DNA from: the human T2T-CHM13v2.0 reference genome, Homo sapiens
Strand: one strand, 5' to 3'
NCBI RefSeq assembly: GCF_009914755.1
Contig: NC_060926.1
DNA: 64,000 nt
The position numbers and the translations under genes were made by a program. This document shows positions 58,000-64,000 of the stretch, piece by piece. The stretch's first letter is position 1. Each line of letters starts with the position of its first letter. The notes below the pieces were generated by a model that had not been told where the DNA came from, did no database searches, and worked only from the letters and a program-made list of their open reading frames with translations.

Positions 58000-60797
58000 A
58001 AATCATCTTGTGACACGTTGGGCTTCCTCTTTCTGGGCACTTAACTCTAGTTTTCTCTGTCAGGGTCCCAAAGAGCAGGGGACACATTTCCAAGGTATGA
58101 CATATAGTAGGGGTTAAGTAAATGTCAGTATGCTCTATATCTACACAGGAGCCCTAATCCTCCCCATGACCCCACACTCTGAATCATCGTGGGGTTTATC
58201 TCCCACCCTCTGAAGCACGTGTCTTACCAAGGCCTCCAATACATCTGCCCCTTCTTGGTCATCCAGTCTAATGAACACAATGCCATCAATATAGTGGATC
58301 AATGTGATGATGTTCAGGACATTCAGATGATTTGGGTCCCTTCAGATTATATTATCACAGAAAAGGAAGAGTTAACATAGCCTCAAGATAAGACCTTAAA
58401 TGTATTCTGTCGTCTGTTCCATGTGAACGTAAACCACTTCCGCTTCTCCTTTCTGAGAAAGATGGGAAAGAGCACATTTGCCAGATCTGTAGCCACACGC
58501 CCTGTATTAATAATTAGCTGTGTTCATTGGCTGGGTAAGATACTACTCTGGCGCAGTAATTGCAAGTGGAGCTACTACCTGGTTGAGTTGGCAGAAGTCA
58601 ACTGTTAACCTGTTTTGTTTGTTTGTGGTTTTCTTGTCTTTTTTGTTTGGCCAGAAACTGATTAATTTAATGGGGATATGATGAGGCTCACTACCCCTGT
58701 AAGGCTGGTATTAATTGCTGCCATTTCCCCTAAACAAAACATTGCCTTTTATTTATTATCTTGTTGTAATAGGGGTGGGGACAGTTTCAAATTCTTCCCC
58801 ACTATGGTAACTCTTCACTCTCAAGCCAAAGGATCAATGTGGAGGGTTTCACTAGCTATCAGCATATATATCCCAACTATACGTATATGCATATACACAA
58901 ACATACACTAAGAGTTGGGCCTAGGCTTGGACTCCATTTTATTACCAGTCCCCATCTACCCCCATTCTTAGGAGGGCCACAATAACCCTTTACCTCCCTA
59001 GGTATCAGTGCTACCTTGACCCTGTATCCAGAAGTACTCACAAGTGTCTGAGTACTACTCTTTCCCCATTGTAAGGTTACCTGAATAAATGGCCATAGGT
59101 CCCTTTGGGGAAAATCTGTAGGAGTCATTGTCATATATATTTGCCATGATTTTGCAGGTCCTTCCTCCTGGAGATCTGGCCTCTCCCTCAGTCAGTGGCA
59201 TCCAGTCTGAGAAGTGGCTCATGTCCAGACACTGATAAGGGACTGTGACTCTTTAGAGGGACACCTGCACTTAGCCTCCTTGATTTCTTTTAATTGTATA
59301 GATTGAGTGATTCCCTTGATGACTGTCCATCTATCTTGCTATGTCCAATAAACCATCTCCATGGCTCTGTGTGGGTCACATCCCCCCAACTACTATTATG
59401 ACATTGCTTTTCATTATGATAATTGCATTGCATCTCGCTTCTGATATTAAGCACCACCACCTGGCCTTTATGATTTCAGGATCCCATCATCCCTGTTGTA
59501 GTGAGGGAGCCCAGTTCTCTAGCAGCAGGTCCCTGGCTTACAGAGAAAGCCTCCACTGAACTTCTCAGTGATGCTGGTCCCTGTCTGAGTGATGCATTAC
59601 ATATCACTTTAGTCAATAGAGTGTCCTCTGTCCTGTCCCTGGAATGTAGTCAGCTGGGAGTATTTGCAATGTTTTGTAATACATCCATTCTTGAATGTAC
59701 TCATCCTTGGGGCCTTTTGGTCCTTTTCTACCATCTTCTACACAAAAGTTCTGGCTTTTCTATTTAGTGTGGGTCATAACCTTCTCCAGTCTTCCAAGAG
59801 CCATCCTAGCCGTGTGTTAGAAGGTGCAAATGCAACCAGCATTTTTGTCAGGGCATTAAATACTGTAGACTAGGACAGTGGTCCACTATCAATATGCTCT
59901 CCCTTACCCAACCTCATGCTCTGCCCTACAAATTCAGCATCTTCAGGATCCAGTCCCATATGGATTATGTGGCCAGGTGTCACAGCTGATTTATTATATT
60001 GTCCCTTTCCTCCCTTAGCAGGCTCCATCTTTCCTGGACAGATTATGTTGGAATTGACTCTATTTGTCTCATACTAGGCCAGGACGGGTGGTGGAGGTAA
60101 TTCCTGAGGGGTACATGTTGTCTTACAAAGCACAGGCCTCTGCAGTTTTTAATGGTGGGGGCTTTAGGGGGTGGGCATGCTAGCCTTGAACATTTACCAG
60201 CTCAGAGAGTTCCAGGCAAAACGGGTTTTAAGGGTTTTTTTTAGTGCACCCACCCAGGTATCCCCTTTCTAAGACTCTCAACCAGGGCATGGCCTTGACA
60301 TGATAGACTTTCTGCATCTGAGACTTCAACCTTCTATGGAGCTTTGCCATCCTGAAAATTATGGCCTAGAACTGACCCTCAGGTTTTTCTGTCCTTGATC
60401 ACAGAGATAAGAATCTCTTTATATGTTCCTAAAGAGCTCCTCTGACATTCACAGTATCTCTCAAATTACTGATTACTGACTCAAAGTCATTCACTGTCTT
60501 TCTCCAGGGCATGAGATTGCAGTCCACAACAGCCATTCAATTCCATCATCCTCATAAGTACCAGTCCTCTCAGAATCTAACAAACCCTGAGATATTTAAG
60601 TGCATTCCTTCTACTGCTATCCCATCCCTGTTCACCACTGATCAAGTAATAATAGTTTCAGTGCTATAGAATGCCAGGGATCTTCCATGTTTCACCTGAC
60701 ACCAGCAATAGTTTCCATATTGCCAGCTGGCCAGCAAGTAATGCAGCTCCAAAATCACATTCATTGTCTGCGTTCTCCAACCACTCCTGACACCAAA
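58000..60797 (-). mobile_element. ERVL internal region (HERV16/ERV3-16A3-like): decayed gag and pol 5' part
   Basis: Minus strand encodes RT motifs ATDLAN (~58476-58493), LS*GYVNS (cf. LPQGYVNS) and HYIDG (YIDD motif, 58282-58293); adjoins a PBS and an LTR. Confidence 0.85.
60781..60795 (-). other. Retroviral primer-binding site complementary to tRNA-Leu 3' end
   Basis: Minus strand TGGTGTCAGGAGTGG immediately inside the 5' LTR; plus strand CCACTCCTGACACCA matches the 3' end of tRNA-Leu(CAG) including CCA, as recalled. Confidence 0.85.
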
Positions 60798-61200
60798 TGC
60801 TTTGGTGATTAGATTCTAAGCCTGCAACCCCTGTTTTGGAGAACGTTTATTAGAGAATGCTCAGGAGTGATACGTGTGAGGGAGTGAAGCCAGTAATATT
60901 AAGCAGAAGGAAAAGTTGAAAACAATGTTGTTGTAGCAGACTCAGCCAATCCCCCACAGACTTCTTGAGATGTCTTCAGATATAACGGCCCATCAGAGTT
61001 GGCCCAAATTGAGGCAAGGAGGCTGGCCTTTGTTTCCTTACACTGACCAGTCATTTCCCTGGGAACTGATGAAAACTTGAGGGAAGCAACTCCGTTAAGG
61101 CCAGGAGCAATTTCCTGTGGGGACTCAGCTGCACAGTTTCAGTCTCCAACATTCCTGCAGCTTGGGAAATCAGTGGCTTAGATCTGAGTCAGTGACTCCA
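60798..61200 (-). mobile_element. LTR16-like 5' LTR of the ERVL provirus
   Basis: 'gtgtgagggagtgaagc...gcagaaggaaaagttgaa...ctcagccaatccc...cagagttggcccaaattgaggcaagg'. Confidence 0.75.
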
Positions 61201-61480
61201 GTCTTCCTTTTTCTGCTCCAGATATCCACGCTCATGTGCCTAGCTGCTGCTAATAATGGCAGCACTGGGTAATATCCACTCATTCTCCACTGTTCCCCCT
61301 CTTTCCACAACCTAGTTTAGAACATAAAGAAAGGAACTTAAGAAGGAAAAAAGAAAGAGAAAGCCAATGAAATGAGTACCTCTTGAGGACCTTATAGGTT
61401 CCAGGCTCGGTACTAATCTCTTGCATATGTTTCTTCATTTGTCCCTCACAACCACTCAATGAAATAAGGATCATGTCTAG

Positions 61481-61786
<306 letters not shown>

Positions 61787-62436
61787 CAGGATCTCCTTTT
61801 AAGTGGCCATGGCCTCTTGGAATCCTGAGATAAGATAGGAAAGCCAGAAACTGATATTGCCCAAAGAACCTTAGGTTTCAGGGCCATATCTGTCATATAA
61901 TGAGAACAAGGAAACAGATGTCTGACATCTAGCTCCAACAAGAACAATTCAGCTAAGGCTTACATACATCCCCAAAACAACACCTCACAACATCCATCTC
62001 AGTTTTAATCACACTACTTTAATGCACTCGTGTTGCCAATTAATCATTCTAACAGCTTATGTCCCATGAAAAATGGCAGAGATGCTGCCTTTTATCCAAT
62101 GGCATATCTAGTCCAGCACTGAAAGTGGCCTGCACAAGTATGGGATTTAACTAAACATCTTGGCATCAAAGGTACCACTCGGGTCCTCCTCTGCATCTCA
62201 CATTACCAAAACTGCACACAACCCCTAAGTCAACTGTGCAAGGGAAGGTTGGCAGATGAAAGCAAAATATGCTAAAACTAAGGTGTGGTAGACACTCCGT
62301 AGATAGAGGGTGGACCCCACCCAAACTGGAGTTCAGATATTAAGACTGATGATTCCACATACAACACTAAAAAGGTACAGAAAAGTTTGTTAATCACTGT
62401 ATTAGTATACTCCAGAGAAACAGAATGAATAGGATG

Positions 62437-62568
62437 TGTGTGTATGATTATATATTCCCTATATATACACACACACATATATGTGTCTATGTATACGTAT
62501 GTATAGACACATATACATGTGTAATATATGTGTATGTATATATATATACACACACACACACACAGAGA

Positions 62569-62626
<58 letters not shown>
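62437..62626. repeat. Compound (TA)/(CA)/(TG)n microsatellite
   Basis: Read directly from the sequence; ends in ~23 TG units. Confidence 0.95.
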
Positions 62627-62627
<1 letters not shown>

Positions 62628-62630
62628 TGA

Positions 62631-62945
62631 GGCCAGGTACAGTGGCTCACCCCTGTAATCCCAGCACTTCGGGAGGCCGAGGCAGGTGGATCACCAGAGG
62701 TCAGGAGTTCGAGACTAGCCTGGCCAACATGGCGAAACCCCGTCTCCACTAAAAATACAAAAATTAGCCAGGTGCAGTGGCATGCACCTGTAATCCCAGC
62801 TACGTGGGAGGCTGAGGCAGGAGAATCTCTTGAACCCAGGAGGCGGAGATTGTAGCAAGCCAAGATCGCGTTGCTGTACTCCAGCCTGGGTGACAGAGCA
62901 AGACTCTGTCTCCAAAAAAAGAAAAAAAGAAAGAAAGAGAGAAAA
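62631..62945 (+). mobile_element. AluS (Sx-like)
   Basis: Full dimer with an A/GAAA tail. Confidence 0.94.
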
Positions 62946-64000
62946 GAAATTAGCTTGCAGAATTGTGGAAGCTAGAAAATCCAAACTCTGCAGGGTCAAC
63001 CAGTAGGCTGGAGACCCAGTGAAGAGTTGATGCTGCAGCTCAAATCTGAAAGTGGTTTGTTAGCAGAATTTTCTTTTCTCTAAGGGAAGTCAGTCTTTTT
63101 CTATTAAAGTCTTCAACTGATTGGATGAGGCCCACCCAAACTATGGAGGGTCCTCTGCTTTACTTAAAGTTGGCCGATGTAAATATTAATCTCATCATAA
63201 GAATACCTTCACAGAAACAATTAGAAGAATGTTTGACCAAATATCTGGATATTATGGCCAAGCTGACACATAACATTAACCAGCACATTCACATAATGAG
63301 GCTTTCTGTGGGGAAAAGGGTGACTCTAAAGCACACCCAAAAATGGTTTGAGAGAGCTTGGGAAAGAGGCTGCTTAGGGATTTTTGGCTGACAAGGGGGT
63401 GGAACGTTCCCACTCAGGGCAGAGGTTCATGTGGCCTGAACCTCCCTCCAGCGCCAAAGGAGGGAGCGTGCAGGCTTTCTTATCCTGCATGTCTAAATGT
63501 GGGGCACAAGGGCAAGAGGAAGGGGTGCAGCTTAAAAGATATCAAAAAATAGAATCAGGCTCTGTTTCAAAAGAAAATGTAGATTTCACTCCATTTAATG
63601 AATTAAAAAATATAACGATAGAAGTAGAGAACCAAGAGGAAGAAACATTAACCAAAGTAGGTTTGACCACAGACACCTGCCACTTAAAACAGGTGGTCCA
63701 AAACATTCAATCTGTAATCCAAAACAGGAAGTCTGGTCCCAGTTGAAGCTATCACCATACACAAAGAAGAATAATTTAGGAGATCACAACCAGCAAGCAA
63801 AATGTGGCCAGCTGATACATATTTAGGTCTGGAGAGGAACTAGGCATTATCTCACTAACACCTCAATGATTCTTGTTCTCTCCCTCCTGAAAGCACGTTT
63901 GAAGGAGCAAACACCTAAAATCCAGTACATTTCTAGGTACTGAGGAATAAAAAACTGGGAACATGGTAGAAACACAGAAAAATGGTGACAATCTCTACTC

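Larger units (their letters stand above)
62398..63287 (-). mobile_element. MLT2 (MLT2D-like) ERVL solo LTR with microsatellite and Alu insertions
   Basis: tgtattagtatactccagagaaacagaa...gacacataacattaaccagcaca; TSD atcac / ttcac. Confidence 0.9.

Noticed and set aside
60781-60795. tRNA-Leu gene
   Set aside because: Only the 3'-terminal ~15 nt with CCA are present, next to an LTR; this is a retroviral PBS, not a tRNA.

Overview
Human genomic DNA. Species is inferred from an AluYa5, a human-lineage subfamily, at 17251-17530. No host protein-coding exon, RNA gene or CRISPR array can be supported, so the window is intergenic or intronic. Roughly half is transposon-derived: a decayed near-full-length L1PA (minus, ~6745-13352) with a nested L1 3' fragment, further L1 pieces, ~10 Alus, MaLR/ERVL LTRs, a truncated ERVL (LTR16-type) provirus with a well-preserved tRNA-Leu primer-binding site, hAT/Tigger elements, and many MIR/L2 relics. 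The centre (~19.7-26.5 kb and ~31-33.5 kb) is repeat-poor, with clustered homeodomain/nuclear-receptor motifs and a near-consensus CTCF site, consistent with a cis-regulatory landscape. The main unexplained signals are (1) a 99-bp ungapped ~80%-identical direct repeat 12.3 kb apart (20445-20543 / 32757-32855) that I cannot assign to a known repeat, (2) an L1 fragment nested in an L1 that shares an apparently non-consensus variant with its host (possible self-insertion), (3) a tandem double hairpin at 22453-22537, and (4) an old Alu monomer with unusually many CpGs. Subfamily names come from recalled consensus sequences and need RepeatMasker/Dfam confirmation. Boundaries without TSDs are approximate.
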